Counted from the whole stretch's first letter, positions 22,774 to 36,310 are shown. The stretch is 56,826 bases of DNA, filler included, from Sphacelaria rigidula (GCA_964200075.2; 5 parts of 5 records of this genome joined end to end with filler, not necessarily neighbours in it), one strand, 5' to 3'. Program-made: numbers and translations. The notes: generated from the letters alone by a model not told the origin.

Positions 22774-24053
22774 AGCACAGATTTTTGCGCGCGGATTTTG
22801 TTCAGCAGTCAATCTCGAAACCTCGGAGCCAAGGGAATCTGAAGAGCAGACTAGGCTCCTCTCTGTGGGGTGATGTAAAGTGTCCGAGACGTGTGGTGGC
22901 GGTTCTCTTGGTTTGGGGGTCAAAAGGTGGGTCAAACGTCCCAAAAGTGAGCAATCTGTGGGCCAGAAATGTGTTTGCCATAACATTCGGCCTTAGAACC
23001 CTGAATAGTGCGGGAAAGCGCCCTAATCGGGCCGGTTTTTATGTAGTGCGGGTACCCGGTATAGTGTGGGTAAATTTTCGTGACACATACCCGCACTATA
23101 TAGGGCCACCTACTGCAGTGTTAATTGATGAATTCCTTGCGAGAAACTTGACAAAAACAAAATCGAAAAAATCATGACAATTTTCAAAAAAATGTCCTCC
23201 GGAAGGGGGGGGGGGGGGGGCTACGTGTCCGAAAGTTTTCGCTCGACAGACCCTTGCCCTGACCCATATTTTTGTTCATCTGGAATCGTTAGGAGCCCCT
23301 GAACCAGACAAGATTTTGCGCATAAAGTGCACCTCTACATAGCATTGCTCACAGTATGTGCCCAGATACTGTGGATTGGACCGGGTACGATTCACAGTCT
23401 TCGCGAGCAGGACGCGAAGTATCCTTTGGGTCCTTCTAGACACCACGTATCCCACATAAACATCAGGTCAAACGCACAAACTGGATTCTACATTATTTTC
23501 ATTTTTGATCAAGTCCCAAGCAAATCGAGGAAGGCAGTTAATTCACTTTACCTTCAGGAACAAGGGGTAAATCACAGGACCGTCCGTTTTTCCTCCTGAT
23601 TTTTCTCCGACATTATCGTTTGTCAAGACGGGCCCTGAACAACGAACGACCCTCATAAATAAATGATGAGGGCCGCAGGGAAACCTCAGGCTTCTCTTGT
23701 AACAGTTCCTGGCAAAACTCCGACAAATTTTCTCCAACAGGCACGCAGAAGACTTGCGTAGCAAAAGTGTACAAACATCCTCAGCGCTAGACGACGAAAT
23801 ATTTTGCCTTCACAAATTCTTCTTGTCAAAAAACGTACGAAGTGAAGAGAGAAATGAAACAGGGAGGGGGGGGGCAGGCGGGTGTTGAGGATACCACCAC
23901 ATAGATGGTAATTATTGTTCGATCGTCGTCCGATGTAAGTCGCCCTGTTGTGATGTCGTAGAAGAGGGTCCTGGTGGAGAAGGGAGGGCAAACAATGCTA
24001 GAGAAAAAAAGGGGGGGGGGGAGAGGGTAACAGTTGCGACGAAGGAGCGTGGT

Positions 24054-27000
24054 TCAAAGCAAGGCGTGGACGTCGTGGGTGTGGTCGATGTTGCGCTGGA
24101 GACCGCGGCGAAGCCCTTCGGACTTAAGGTGCTGGAGGCACCAGGATCCGCGTGGTGTAGATGGGCATCGATGAAGCGCACGATGTATGTATCGGCCGAA
24201 ACCAGGTTGCCGGAGTGGGTCTGACCCAACCACCAGAGGTTGTCGCTGCCTTTGAACCAAAGGTAGCTGCCCTTGGGCAGTATTCGCTGGTTTGCGAAGA
24301 ACTTCGTCTTACAAGTCTTGGTGGGTACAAGTTCGTAACCATCGGCGACGAAACGTAGTCCCTGATCGCGGTGAATTTCGCGGGCTGCTGCGCCACGACG
24401 CATGTTGCGATATTTCTTGTTGTGAGCAAGATGCTGATGTTGGGATTGCGTCCAGTACAGGAGGATTGCACGGCGGTGCCATTGAAAGTCGGATTCGCGT
24501 TCCCAAGACGCTCTCCGGAGACCACGCCAGTGTGTCTTACACATGACAGCGATTTTGTCACCTCGGCCACGGTTTATCTGGTGGCCGGAGATGGAGGACA
24601 CGGTCAGTCGGAGGGGCTGTTCCGTCACGTCGTCGGTTGTAACGTGGTAGGGTGGGGACTTGGTCGAGTAGCTGTTGAAAACATACTGTGTGAGTCCGGC
24701 AGACAGGTACTTGGGCATGTCGCTTGTATCATGCGGGCTCGTGCAGGGTTTGCATCTGTGCACGGAGACGCGGGGTTTGGTGTCCTTGCCCTGGAAGTCG
24801 TGAGGCAAGTCGAGATAGAGAAGTTTGTCACCAACGGGTTTTTCATTCGGTGATGATGACGATGGTCCAACTGTCAGGATCTTGAATGGTCCTGTCCAGT
24901 TGAGGTACAATTTTGTCTTCAAAATTGTTTCGTTGGCTGCCCTGCTGGTGCCTTGGCGGATGGTCGACAAACTGTTGTAGATCCAAACTCAATCACCAAC
25001 TTTCCAGTTGGGGTGTTTGTGCATGAGGTTGTAGAGAGCAGTGTTAGACCTCTCTAGGCGCGAGGCGTTGATAGCGTGTTGTCCGCGCACGAGGGTAAAC
25101 GCTTTGCGTTGTCGTGCATGCGCTAGCTCGTGGTAGGATATCTGATCCTGATCCAACCCTTGGTGGCCGTCGAACGTGTGTCGCTCAAACACGGTGATGG
25201 GCAGCCGAGGGTAACGTCCAAGATGGAGTTCGTTCGGAGAAAGGCCTGTGGCGGCATTAACCGAGTTGTTGTAGGACAACATAATGTGCGAGAGATGTAG
25301 GTCCCAGTCGTTTTGGCGGTCATTGACAGTCATAGAGAGCATCTGGGCCATGATGTGATTCACTCTTTCGGTACCACCGTTACCGTTCGGGTGGAAGGCG
25401 CTCGTGGCAATTTCGCGCATGCCCAGGAGCTTGTAAAGCTTATCAGGGAGATCTGAGCAAAATTGCTGACCATTGTCTGAAAGATATCGCTTTGGGCAAC
25501 CGTAGTGCTCAATGTAGTCGCGAACCAATATGTCGGCCGTTCCAGCGGCAGTGAAATCTGCGGCGGTTACCGCGTATATGGACGCGTGGCGGCTGAAGCG
25601 GTCAGTGAAGAGTAAGATGTTGGTGTGCCGCGACCTGTTGTCGGTAGAGGGCCAAAGCAGTCAAAGGACACAAGGTTGCCTGGCTCGTTGGGGAGTCCCA
25701 CAGAGATGACGGGCCAGCGTACTGTCTACCGGAAAGTCTTTCGGGCCTGGTATTTGAAGCATCGCCGAATCCAGCAGCGGGTGGGAATTTCTATGCCAAC
25801 CCACCAGTAGACGCGTTCCAAGAGTGCTAGGGTGCGGATGACGTCAAGGTGATATTACAAGTCTGTGTGACAGCCTTTCATGACCCAGGGGCGCATTAAT
25901 AATGGGATATGTATGCGCGTTGGTTCGTCGCCGAGTAGTCGTGCGTGGCGTCCCGTGGTTGACACAGCAATTGCGCCTGTCAAGGGCGTGGCGCGACGCA
26001 CGAGTAGTTGTACACCTTCATCCGTAGTAAAAAGGGTGCCTTTACGCACGAGCTCGTATACGTCAGAAATAACTGGTGGTGCGAGTGTGCCAACCGGGGC
26101 CGGAAGGGCGGATGCAAAAGGGAGTGGGCAGTCGAGTTGTAAGTATCGGATGGCTACGCGACATAGCGGTTCCACGTTTTGTTCGCGAGACCAATCGCGG
26201 TGAGAGTAGCTGGCGAGAAACTCGCGCAGTTGACTTTCCGCTGGCGAGCCGACCAAACATGGTGGGATAGGCAACGGGAGAATAGGCGACGGGGCAGGAG
26301 TGCCGACGTCAATATCTGCCCCGGGAGCAGGACCTACGTCGTCAGCTCCATGCTCGGGAGTGGTGGATGTTGGTGGCGCCTTTATAGGCGGCAGGGCTGT
26401 AGTAGTGCGCGGCGAAGATTGTTCGCGGCGCGTAGTGCACGTGGCAAGGGTGCTCGAGGAGCGTTGCGTGCTGGTCCGTGGGACCTGTGTTGCGTAGCTC
26501 GTGGGATTTACAGGTGTTATCGGTGGCGGCGGAGCACTCGGGGTGGTGCGGGCGGCAGACCGGGAGCGCGTGTTGTCGGAGATTAGGTGGGTGACCGAAG
26601 GTGTCTCCGTGAAGAGCTTGGCGCGAGTACCGAAGGTGCGGAAATCGACAAAATCGGAGGTAGTGGGCGCTAACCCACCCAAGACGACGTCATATGGTAG
26701 AGGGCGGGGTCCTCCCATATCCATACCAGTTTCTTGGCACTGGAGGTCGAAGGCGTAAACGGGCGTTGAAAAACGTCTAATCGCGTAAACTCCAGGTTCA
26801 TCGGGTTCCGTGAAACGGCAAGCTGGGCTGTAATCTTTGGCCGTAGGCGGCAGGGGTAGGTGAGAAAGAAGATCAGCGTTCCCGTTGGTTTTTCCTGGAC
26901 GGTGCTTAATGGTATACCGATACGCTGTTAGAAACTCCAACTATCGTTGTACACGCGGGTTGTGTTCGCCAACCTTGGCGAGTTGTTCGAGTGCCCCACG

Positions 27001-30000
27001 ATCCGTATAGATCTCGAAGGGTGCGTGAAACAAATATTGTCGAAGGCACTTAATGACCCAAGTGATTACTCCACCTTCCAGTTCTAGCGGGCTCCAATTG
27101 GCCTAGTTGGGCAGGGTAGCGCGGTTGATATAAAGAATGGGTCGGATGGAGCCATTAACCTGAGGTTGATTCAAATCTCCTCCAAATCCGTTTGTGCTGG
27201 CGTCAGTGTGGAGTTGGGAAAGGCGAGAGCCATCTTATACTGCCTCCCAATCAGGACAGCAGAGTGTCGGCTTTTCGGTAAGCGTCTTGAGTAATTCGCG
27301 GGTGATATTCTCCATTTCGGTTGTGAAGGAAAACACGACTCCTTTCTTGAGTAGCTCAGTAAGGGGGTGAATCCCTTTTGAGAAATTTGACAAAAAGTTG
27401 CGGTAGTAGGATAGTCCGCCCAACAATGAGCGAAGTTGAGAAATATTAGTTGGCATCGGCAAGTCAGTCATCGCCTTGACTTTATTTCTATCTGGATGCA
27501 GGCCTGCTGGCGAAATGGAATGCCCCAGGAAATCCAAGTCAGTTGCACCCAGGCGAGCTTTGGATGGAAACAGTTTCAAATCGTGTGTTCAGAGGCGAGA
27601 GAGAAATTCTCGTAGAGTGCGGATATGTGCAATAGGTGAGGCATCGAAAGCGATAGCGTCATTCAGGTACATGATGATGTGCTCGAGGCCCTCGGTAACG
27701 CGTTGCAGTAAGCGTTGAAAGCATCCCGGAGCAGTGGCAGCGCCTCGTGGCATTCCAAACCCCTCATAGAGTCCGGACGAGGTTCAAAACGCCGTCAGTG
27801 GGACTGTGTCAGAGTGAATAGCATTCTGAAAGAATCCAGAAGCGAGGTCGAAGGTACTGAATAATTTTCCTTCGCCTAAGGAGTCAAAGACTTCGTCAAT
27901 GCGAGGAATTGGAAGTTTACCGATGACAGTGGCGCGGTTCAACCGTTGGTAATTTACGGTTATGCGTATGTTTCCATCATCCTTTTTGGGGACGACCACG
28001 AAGGGCGAGGCCCAAGGAGAGGAGGGATGTTGCATTAATCCCGCTCCCAAGTATGCATCCAAGATGGCGTTAATCTTTTTGGTAAGGATTGCGCTTGTCC
28101 GGTATGGCCGAGAAGAGATCGGCGAGACGCCGGTTGGAGGGTAACCTCAAAGGGCAGCGTTTTGCAATGCCCACGATCCGTCTTGGATCGGGTGAATCGG
28201 TCTTGGTACTGTAGCAGGACATCACTGAGTTCTCAGATGACTGCCGGTTTCCAGCCGGGCCTACAAAGGTCAACATTGACGTCGCGCATGTGTAGCGATA
28301 GTTGGTGCCACATTTGCAAGAAACCATCCCGAGAATCTGGTGACAAGCGTTGAAGCACTTCAGCAGGAGGATTGGAATTTGACTGGGCAGGATCCACGGT
28401 GTGAACCTGGGGTGGAGTCGCAGAGGCGAGGTCCAAATAAGGTTCATCGACACCATGGACTGACTCCACAGGAGATGTGGTGTTAGGCGCAGCAGGCTCT
28501 CTTACGTACGTCTCGAGTGGGATGTGCATCAGGGGAGCAGCGTCGATTCCTAAAATATCGCCGTGTTCCAAGTTTGCATGACCCGTACGAGGGAGGACTT
28601 GTTGTCCCGCCGAGACAAAATGTTCCGTGTCGGCTGGTGCGCCAATACGGGGTCACATTTCGGCAAGATTATGACCCATAAGTGCTAGCATGCCATTTCG
28701 GCGAAGTAGTGCAACTTCTAAAAGTTCAGGATCGTCGTCGGAGAGTGTAATACCAACGCTACTGTTGCATCGTAGGTGGTAAGCAGCTCCGGTCGCCTGA
28801 GTATTCTTCTGGTAGGCCAGGGCGCCGTGGAGAGTACTAAAGTGCTCAAGGTTGAACTCTCCACGACGAGGCGTGGAATTTGGCGATAGTGCTGGAAGCG
28901 TGCGGTAGGTTCGTTTATTAAACCGCATATAACTATATCTGCCCAATAATATGGCGTGGTGCATTGTGCTGTCGGGGACAATGTATGTCCAGACTGCCAG
29001 GCTGGCAGAACGAGTGGTGTTGTGAAAGAATTGCACACTGAGACGTACGGATTTTCGTGTCGTCAGGGGTACGGCAGAATCACCGAAACCGCCTCATACT
29101 CGAGATTGAGTGGTGGTTTCGCAAGCTGCAGGAGCAGCACCAGTCTGTTTCATATGTTTCCATGTCGATTCTCGAATAAATGTTTGCGGACTGCCGCTGT
29201 CCAACGAGGATACGCATTTGGTAGGCGTGGTAGCGTTTGGACCAGAGTGGATCGCAACGCGTGTAGTGAAAGTGGCCGGATCCACAAACACTTTACCGCC
29301 GACATGACCCGGACCATGTTTCGGCAAGGTAAATTGGTCAGGATCAGCGGGGCTGACAGCAAAGACGCATGGCGGGTGATCCGCCGGTGGGTCAGATTTC
29401 TCACCAAAGAAGAGTGTGGACGGTATACGAAGTATTATTTCCAGGTGTGGCACTGTCGGAGTGACCATTAGCGATTTCGTAAATGGTCGTTTTTGGTTGA
29501 CAGGGATCGCCGTCCGAGGGGGATCCAGATTGTGCGGGGTTGGAATCGTCAATTGAAGAAGTTGTGACGTCAGAAATATTTGATTTAGTTTCTTCCGTGA
29601 TACTTAATAGAGCCGTCGAGTTCAAAGTCGTCGCATTGTGGAGAGATTGAGACCGACGATTTCCGCTCGAAAGAGGTGTACGTGATGACGCGCGCATCCT
29701 TGGGGGCATGAATATGGGCCTTACCCTTCTCGCCGTGACAAAGGTCCGGGAACTTCCACAACATTTTGGGATGAAACCACAACTGCGTCCAGTCGGGTGG
29801 ATGGGGTCAGCATCGAGGCATGACGGAGCGAAACTTGTGCGCTGCTTTCCGTAGGCAAGCTTGGCTGGTGGGTCATAGCCGAAGGTATGTTGGGGCGGTT
29901 GGTATTCGAACCGGCCGCAGGTAGGTCCGTCCGTGTTGAAAATCGCAGGGAAGGAGCTCGATCGAACTGGTTGGGAATTACATGATCGGATGTGGTCAAG

Positions 30001-30713
30001 TGCAAACCAGCAACACTTGAGACAGCTGAATAAAGCTTCCTACTACCTGTGCGTGCGGTCGCTAAGGGAAGTCTTTGCCTCAGGAACTGGCGGTTGGTCC
30101 TCCCACACCTCAGACTTATACTCGGCACTGAAGAACCAAGTTCAGGGCCGGGTGTAGCTCTGAGTCTCGGGGTGACAAACCTGTTACGCGGTGTGTGAAG
30201 GGGTCAACACGGGGGTCGATATACACGGCCGTCAGTTGCGCTCCTGCATAATGCCGGGGAAGCCGGGCGGACAATCCTAGTCGCGGGCTCTGCGGGCTGT
30301 GTTGAAAAGTGTGTAGAGGTTGGAGACGGGGGTCGATTTGAACGGCCGTCTGTAACGTTCCTGCATAGTGCCGGGGCAGCCACATGAACAATTTTAGTCA
30401 CGGACTCCGTGGGCTGTGTTAGAAGAATCTTCGCTACTGCTGTCGGCGTCGGATAACACCGTAGAACGCCGACGTCGGCACGTCATGGGTTTACGCGATC
30501 CGTAGTGCAGGTACCAGGGTTTCTGGTATTGGGGTTCGAGTTATGTGTCGACCCCCTCTGCTGATGCCAATCAGAGGAAAATTTGTTGTCGCGAGAACGA
30601 TGATCCTTCTCGCGAGGAGTTATATTATTGTCGCTCTATCGGCGGCCGCGGGAATAACTCCTGTGGCCACGTTGATTCGAACTATAACGATGATTTCGGT
30701 TCGCTGAGCGATG
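24054..30713 (-). mobile_element. pol: Second Ty3/gypsy element of the same family (decayed): gag 3' end, protease, RT, RNase H, integrase with GPF motif and chromodomain-like tail
   Basis: LDSGS; PWASPFVVVPKK; FSTFDLASGF; NADLLS; integrase zinc finger (CH..H...YWW...C); core ILLFTDRFSR, LSDNGQQF, GGTERVN; WTGPFKIL; KTHWRGL...SWERE. Colinear with copy 1 across the shared region. Confidence 0.95.
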
Positions 30714-31952
30714 GTCGCGTGCATGTTTCCTTTCCGTTTCCCCCCCCCCCCCCCCCGTTCTATTCAACGGCTCCGCTCTCCCTACCTGCTGCCTAGTGTT
30801 GTATCTCCAAGATGCTTTGCTCCAGCTCTCTAGACCACCAACACTCCAAAACCCCGTAGTCCCGTATCTACCGATCTAACATAAGTGCCGGGAATCGTGC
30901 GTGTATGGACACCATGCGCACTGGCTGGCCAGAGCTGGCCCGTCTTACCGCACAGATGGCAGACTGTAAGGGGGCCGCGACTACGAGGACGAAGAAAGAA
31001 GAAAGAGTTGGTTCCACAGTCGATCAGGTACCACGGGTGAGCCGACCGAGCACTCTCTACACAGAGCATCGACCAGCTAACGTGAACGTGTGTATCTCTG
31101 GCGTAAGCGACAGGCTGTATCAGCGCGCCGCTTCCTTTCCGAGGTATCCCGCGCGCGGTGGCTTGGTGCTTGCTTGTGGGAGCTCGATATACGCCGCTGG
31201 TATATCTTCGTGTTTGGTGTTTCCTCCGGCTGCCCGGTTGCGCGTACGTCAACGTTTGCGTCCAAAGGTTTATGGTGTGCCTGCTTGATGTCGACATGGG
31301 GCTTGTACAAATACGATCGACGCCGCGTGCATGTTTCCTTTCTGTTTCCCCCGCCCCCCCCCCCCGTTCTACTCTACGGCTCCGCTCCCCATACCGCTGT
31401 TGCCTAGTGTCGTATGTGCGAAATGCTTTGCTCCAGCTGTCTAGACCACCAACACTCGAAAACCCCGTAGTCCCGTATCTACCGATCTAACACATCGACA
31501 TGGTGCTTGTGCAAATACGATCGACGTCGCGTGCATGTTTCCTTTCCGTTTCCCCCGCCCCCCCCGTTCTATTCAACGGCTCCGCTCTCCCTACCTGCTG
31601 CCTAGTGTCGTATATCCAAGATGCTTTGCTCCAGCTCTCTAGACCACCAACACTCCAAAACCCCGTAGTCCCGTATCTACCGATCTAACATAAGTGCCGG
31701 GAATCGTGCGTGTATGGACACCGTGCGCACCGGCTGGCCAGAGCTGGCCCGTCTTACCGCACAGATGGCAGACTGTAAGGGGGCCGCGACTACGAGGACG
31801 AAGAAAGAAGAAAGAGTTGGTTCCACAGTCGATCAGGTACCACGGGTGAGCCGACCGAGCACTCTCTACACAGAGCATCGACCAGCTAACGTGAACGTGT
31901 GTATCTCTGGCGTAAGCGACAGGCTGTATCAGCGCGCCGCTTCCTTTCCGAG
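30714..31952. repeat. TRIM-like array: ~200 bp terminal repeat x3 (30714-30881 partial, 31289-31492, 31493-31690) and internal segment x2 (30882-31288; 31691-31952 partial)
   Basis: The full repeat runs TGTCGACA...GATCTAACA (TG..CA). 30714-31143 and 31526-31952 are nearly identical; the middle copy is more diverged. Confidence 0.75.
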
Positions 31953-32049
31953 ATCAAACGGGCTTTCTCCGTCTTGGAACATGAAAATTCAAGCATCTGT
32001 TGATCGACTTTTTCGACGAAATTTGTGGTGTCCTTCCTTGGGTTATGCG

Positions 32050-33060
32050 GCGACAGCTCGTTCACGAAAAATGAAAAAGAAACGTCGTAGCGCCGGTTTT
32101 TCGGATGCCGGAATGGAGACTACTCGAAAATTTGACGTGGATCCCGTCGGACCTCCGAAAAACGGTGAAAACATCAACAAGTATGAAAATATCGTCCGTA
32201 GAAAGTTGCGTAATGACACATAGCATTTTCGTGGAAAGTTTCAGGATCTAACTCCTGATAAGGGCGTGAAGGTTTGCGCGTCGTGGAGGACGTGGGCTTG
32301 AAACCTGCAACTCCTAACTACTTGGTTTTAGTACGTAAACGCATTTTGGGTGAATATTGCGTTAAGGCAAGAAAACTGTATAAAGTTTCCAAGTTCATCC
32401 GCCAAACGTCGTACATGTGTTCCTTGGACTATCCTGGGACGCGTTACTTTTTTTTTTAATTTTTTGGGGCATTCTGTACCGCCTCCCGGGGGTCTTCATA
32501 CTGGGACCCCCGGAGGCCGGTACAGAACGGAGAAACCATGAAATATTGTCACAAAAACAGCTTTTCTACTTTGAGCATCAATATCTACGGAACTGCCAAG
32601 TTTGAGGGCGATTTGAGCTTTTCTACACTGATGGATAGAGGAGACACCGTCAAGAGGCTCCCTGGGTCTTTCGTGCATATCACTAGTGGAAATTAGACGA
32701 AGCCAACACCCGACATCACCGAAACATCACGGTTTCGGGTATAATTGGACCCTCGTAGTAACCGTTTTCAAATATGTTTTTCCCGTTAAATTCTCGAACC
32801 GATGACGGTTACTATGATCGGAAGCATGTGGAGATTGGGTTAAAATGAGGCTTGGAATTCGTAATTTCGATCTCGGAACAGTTTGACGGGCGCTGATTGG
32901 TCGATATACCTCTTCGCCCTTAGCGCTACCACCATGGCTATACACATGAATCCGGCAATGTCATGCTCTTCAGCTGTCCATGGCGGTCAGTATGATATCA
33001 TGTATGCGACTATTGGGGAGGTATCACGAAAGGCATTTGATGATGACACAATTTTGGGTT
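32050..33060 (-). repeat. Dispersed non-coding repeat family, copy A (inverted relative to copies B and C)
   Basis: Reverse complement shares CCAATAGTCGCAT..ATCATA.TGACCGC, ACCAATCAGCGCCC, AATCTCCACATGCT, GTAACCGTCATC and AAACGGTTACTACG with 44985-45360 and 50830-52200. Ends approximate. Confidence 0.8.
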
Positions 33061-34058
33061 ATGAGCGTGAACCAGCCTGTACCCACCGGACAAAACTCCG
33101 GGCGGGACGGCAAGTGGTTTCATACGCTGTAATAAAATAGCACAAAACGCACGAAATGGCGCTACTACGAGTACTGCACGGTGCTGTCGTTACCCACGCT
33201 CTATTTGTGTGGCTATCTTCCATTTCCATTTTTTCAGTTTTCCCACCCCACACAGACCAATCGTCCACATCAACGCCCACATGCCAACTTCTCAACAGAA
33301 GCACGCTCACCGGTACCCAATCCACTGTCTGGAGGAAAAGACAAACTTAGGTGTATGCGTACGTCCGGCATCACTAGACGCCTCGAACTGCTCATGTCCC
33401 GCCATGTAGTAAGCGGTGCCGTTCCCCCAAAAGGTCTGTCTCCTTTCACGTGTACTGTGTAGTGCTGCTCCTTCCACCCATCTACAACATTATCGGACGT
33501 GCACGGCTGGCTTACTGTAGCGTAATACGGTGGTTGTGTTCAGCACCAGAAAGTGAATAAACGCATGCCGAGGCAAACCAACAAGAGGGGCAAAAGTAAT
33601 AATGCATCACACCGAAACTAAATGCCAACACCGCGCAACCTTTACGGACCAAAAGCTAGGAGGAAACTATACTATATGCCTGACCTTTCAAGCGCTTGCG
33701 AGAACTACAAGTGCGACCAAACGCAGACGAGCACCCTGCACAGCCCAGCAGCCCCAAAAACGCAATGCCGTGGCGAAAAAAAAATGGGGCACAGAGTTGC
33801 ATAGAGCAAAAGCGTCTCCCTCATGCTTTTTCCAGTTCAGCAGGCAAAATCCAGCGCCGAGGGCAAAGGTCGCGCTGTCCACTGCGAAACTATATTTGAA
33901 TCTTCACCGCTGGTTGTTTTGCACATCAAATTCAGAGTGTAACAACAAATTGTGCGAATTCAGGTTTAATTCCGAGACGAGGTTCAAGCCTAAAACAGTG
34001 CTTGAGGGGGGTAATATCAGGGAAAATGACGGTTTCGGTCAGCGCTGTAAGCTCACAG

Positions 34059-34158
34059 NNNNNNNNNNNNNNNNNNNNNNNNNNNNNNNNNNNNNNNNNN
34101 NNTTAATTAATTAANNNNNNNNNNNNNNNNNNNNNNNNNNNNNNNNNNNNNNNNNNNN
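34059..34158. other. Artificial contig linker N44-TTAATTAATTAA-N44
   Basis: Identical 100 bp spacer. Confidence 0.99.
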
Positions 34159-34263
34159 GGGCATGTTGTGAGAAAAAATCCTAGATTGCTCCAGGAATTG
34201 AACCCCACTTCTCCACCACCAGAAGGTTTCGAGCTTACCAACTGAGCCACCGGGTCGACCGGC
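34159..34263 (-). mobile_element. tRNA-derived SINE 5' head, truncated by contig end
   Basis: Minus strand has Pol III A-box TGGCTCAGTTGG (34238-34249) and B-box GGTTCAATTCC (34194-34204) without a pairing acceptor stem. Confidence 0.7.
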
Positions 34264-34756
34264 TGTGTGAAGAAAAAAACGTTATCCGAAACAACAACAA
34301 CTGCTGCTGCTGCTGCTGCTGCTGCTGTCCAGTTGCTGCAGTTACTGCTGTAGATGTTTTTATTTCATACGTGAGGTTTCGCGAACACAAGGCTCCCAAA
34401 AAATAAACGGTATGCATGGAGTGTAATATATTTACATATATATCTGAAACTCTTCACTGCACTAGTATTACTTGATTAGAGCCTATCATCCCACCATTTT
34501 GTCGTTAATCCATTGGCGGGTCGTTTTCAAAAAGCTGTCCTCACAGATTGTTTTGTCTGTCTTTTTTTCAGAACAAATCTCGACGACGTGTTAGCAACTA
34601 CAGTAGTTGTTGATTGGTGACTTGGTTGGCCACTAATTTTGGGAAAACAATCTCCAGCGCACGATGACCAAGGGCAATTGCGTCCCTCCAAAATTCACTG
34701 CTTCCGCTACGCGCAAAACTATAACGTTGAAAACAAATCTGAAAAATCTGCGTGGA

Positions 34757-34858
34757 CCCTTCAACCGCCAGGATAGGCCATTGCTGAATTGGCATCATTT
34801 TCATGAAAAAAAATAGTAGCAAAACCCCCGGGTGATCCATATCCCGTCGGTCAAAGGG
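34757..34858. mobile_element. piggyBac-type MITE (diverged relative of 20443-20539)
   Basis: CCCTT...AAGGG ends. Core GAATTGGCATCATTTTCA is the reverse complement of the family core TGAAA.TGATGCCAATTC. TSD degenerate (CTAA on the right). Confidence 0.65.
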
Positions 34859-35842
34859 CTAACCCATAAGACTCGGAGCTTTACCTCGGAACAGTTTCAC
34901 CGGCTGACAGTCCAGGGACATGTGGGGGTTTCAACGTAGCGGAGGGGAAGGCTTTCGAGTGCCTCTTCGCAGAACAAAGGGAAGCTAACGAAGTCAACCA
35001 TGTGTGTTCAGGAGTTTCCCGTGGAAAATTCTAAGGCGGGAATAAGGGCCGAGAGGAGGGAAGCGACCACTGTGTTAGTTTTGATTGGTCGATTTGGTAA
35101 CTGTGGTCCCCTACAGATGATCTACAGCGATGATGACCTACGACCTACCTGGCATCGAAGCTGTATTTGACCATCCGGGTAACGATCAGTCAACCATAGA
35201 AAAAGATGGACTCAAGACGTGATCTTTGCCCTGCTCGTAGTCTTTGCCCCCTGCATAGCACCTCTTGTGCTGTCAATATAGCATAACACTGTCCATACTG
35301 CTGTTGTCGAACACTGAGAAGAGATAACAGCAGGGTGAAGCAGACTGTGTTCCGTGGACAGCGTTGCCACGCTGACTGTTCCGTACCTTTGTATTCAGCC
35401 GCTGATTGTGACAAGTTTTTATGTACGGTAGAGTATGCGACGTGTGTGCAAGATCAAAACACTCTTCAGATGGTGTGCCAGCCCTGCCCCCAGAGTACCA
35501 GGACTGCTGCGAAAGCGCAGATAGGAGGAGAAGATACATATTGTTTGCATACGTCGCAGAGGGGATGCTTGCCAATATGCATCATCTGCGAAGGATGAAC
35601 TCATGTCGCCCATTTCATATACAGTACTGGGACGTGACTTGTGTCTCAAAGTCGGCCAGGGTTTCAGGGTTTCGATTGGACGAATTCCTATACAGACATG
35701 TCCATGCACCCAATATACACATGTCCATGCAGAAAGGCGTTTTGTCTCTTGAAAAAGAAGCTGTTTGGAACCCTAGGTGTGCCTTGGGTCATTTTCTGAG
35801 ATTATCTGCAGGGAGGTCGCACCCTAATAAAATGAGGGTAAG

Positions 35843-35953
35843 CCATTTGACCACCAGGGTAGGTTGCCTGGGCCAGGCCGTAATTTTTCAAGTGAACATG
35901 CATGATGTACAAAAGATTCAACGGATGACCTACCTACCCTGGTAGTCGACGGG
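35843..35953. mobile_element. piggyBac-type MITE (diverged)
   Basis: CCATTTGACCACCAGGGTAGGT ... ACCTACCCTGGTAGTCGACGGG|TCAA inverted ends, similar to the 36205 copy. Confidence 0.55.
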
Positions 35954-36204
35954 TCAATAATGGAGTAAGAAGGGGGGCTGGAAGAAATACTGTTGATGGA
36001 AAATTGCTCCCAACAACCAAACAAATACGTTGTAGTGGACCGTATACTTGTGATGACAATACGATACTAGTTATACTAGTTTTCCTTTCGACACATCATA
36101 GATATCTATAAAACGACTCGATTTCTCGAAGCCCGAAACGGATTTCATTTTTCCCCTACTTCGCTGTTCGTCCGGAGTACGAGCTGCGGTAATACATGAC
36201 TTGA

Positions 36205-36310
36205 CCCTTTGACCACAAGGACAGGTCATGTGAGTATTCCCGTACTTGTACATTTTTTGGGTGAAAATGATGCCAATTCAACACATGACCTACCCTTGCG
36301 GCCAAAAAGG
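36205..36310. mobile_element. piggyBac-type MITE
   Basis: TTGA|CCCTTTGACCACAAGGACAGGTCATGTG ... CACATGACCTACCCTTGCGGCCAAAAAGG|TGAA, with the shared core TGAAAATGATGCCAATTCAACA. Confidence 0.7.

Noticed and set aside
30714-31952. CRISPR-like repeat array
   Set aside because: Repeats are ~200 bp with duplicated rather than unique spacers, the context is eukaryotic, and no cas genes are present.
34159-34263. tRNA gene
   Set aside because: A and B boxes are present but there is no complementary acceptor stem or clear anticodon arm; better explained as a SINE head.
35117-35620. Possible piggyBac transposase C-terminus (KRWTQDVIFALL; Cys-rich CQPC...CIIC)
   Set aside because: Suggestive given the nearby TTAA-type MITEs, but too degenerate (stops, frame changes, no catalytic motif) to call without a profile search.
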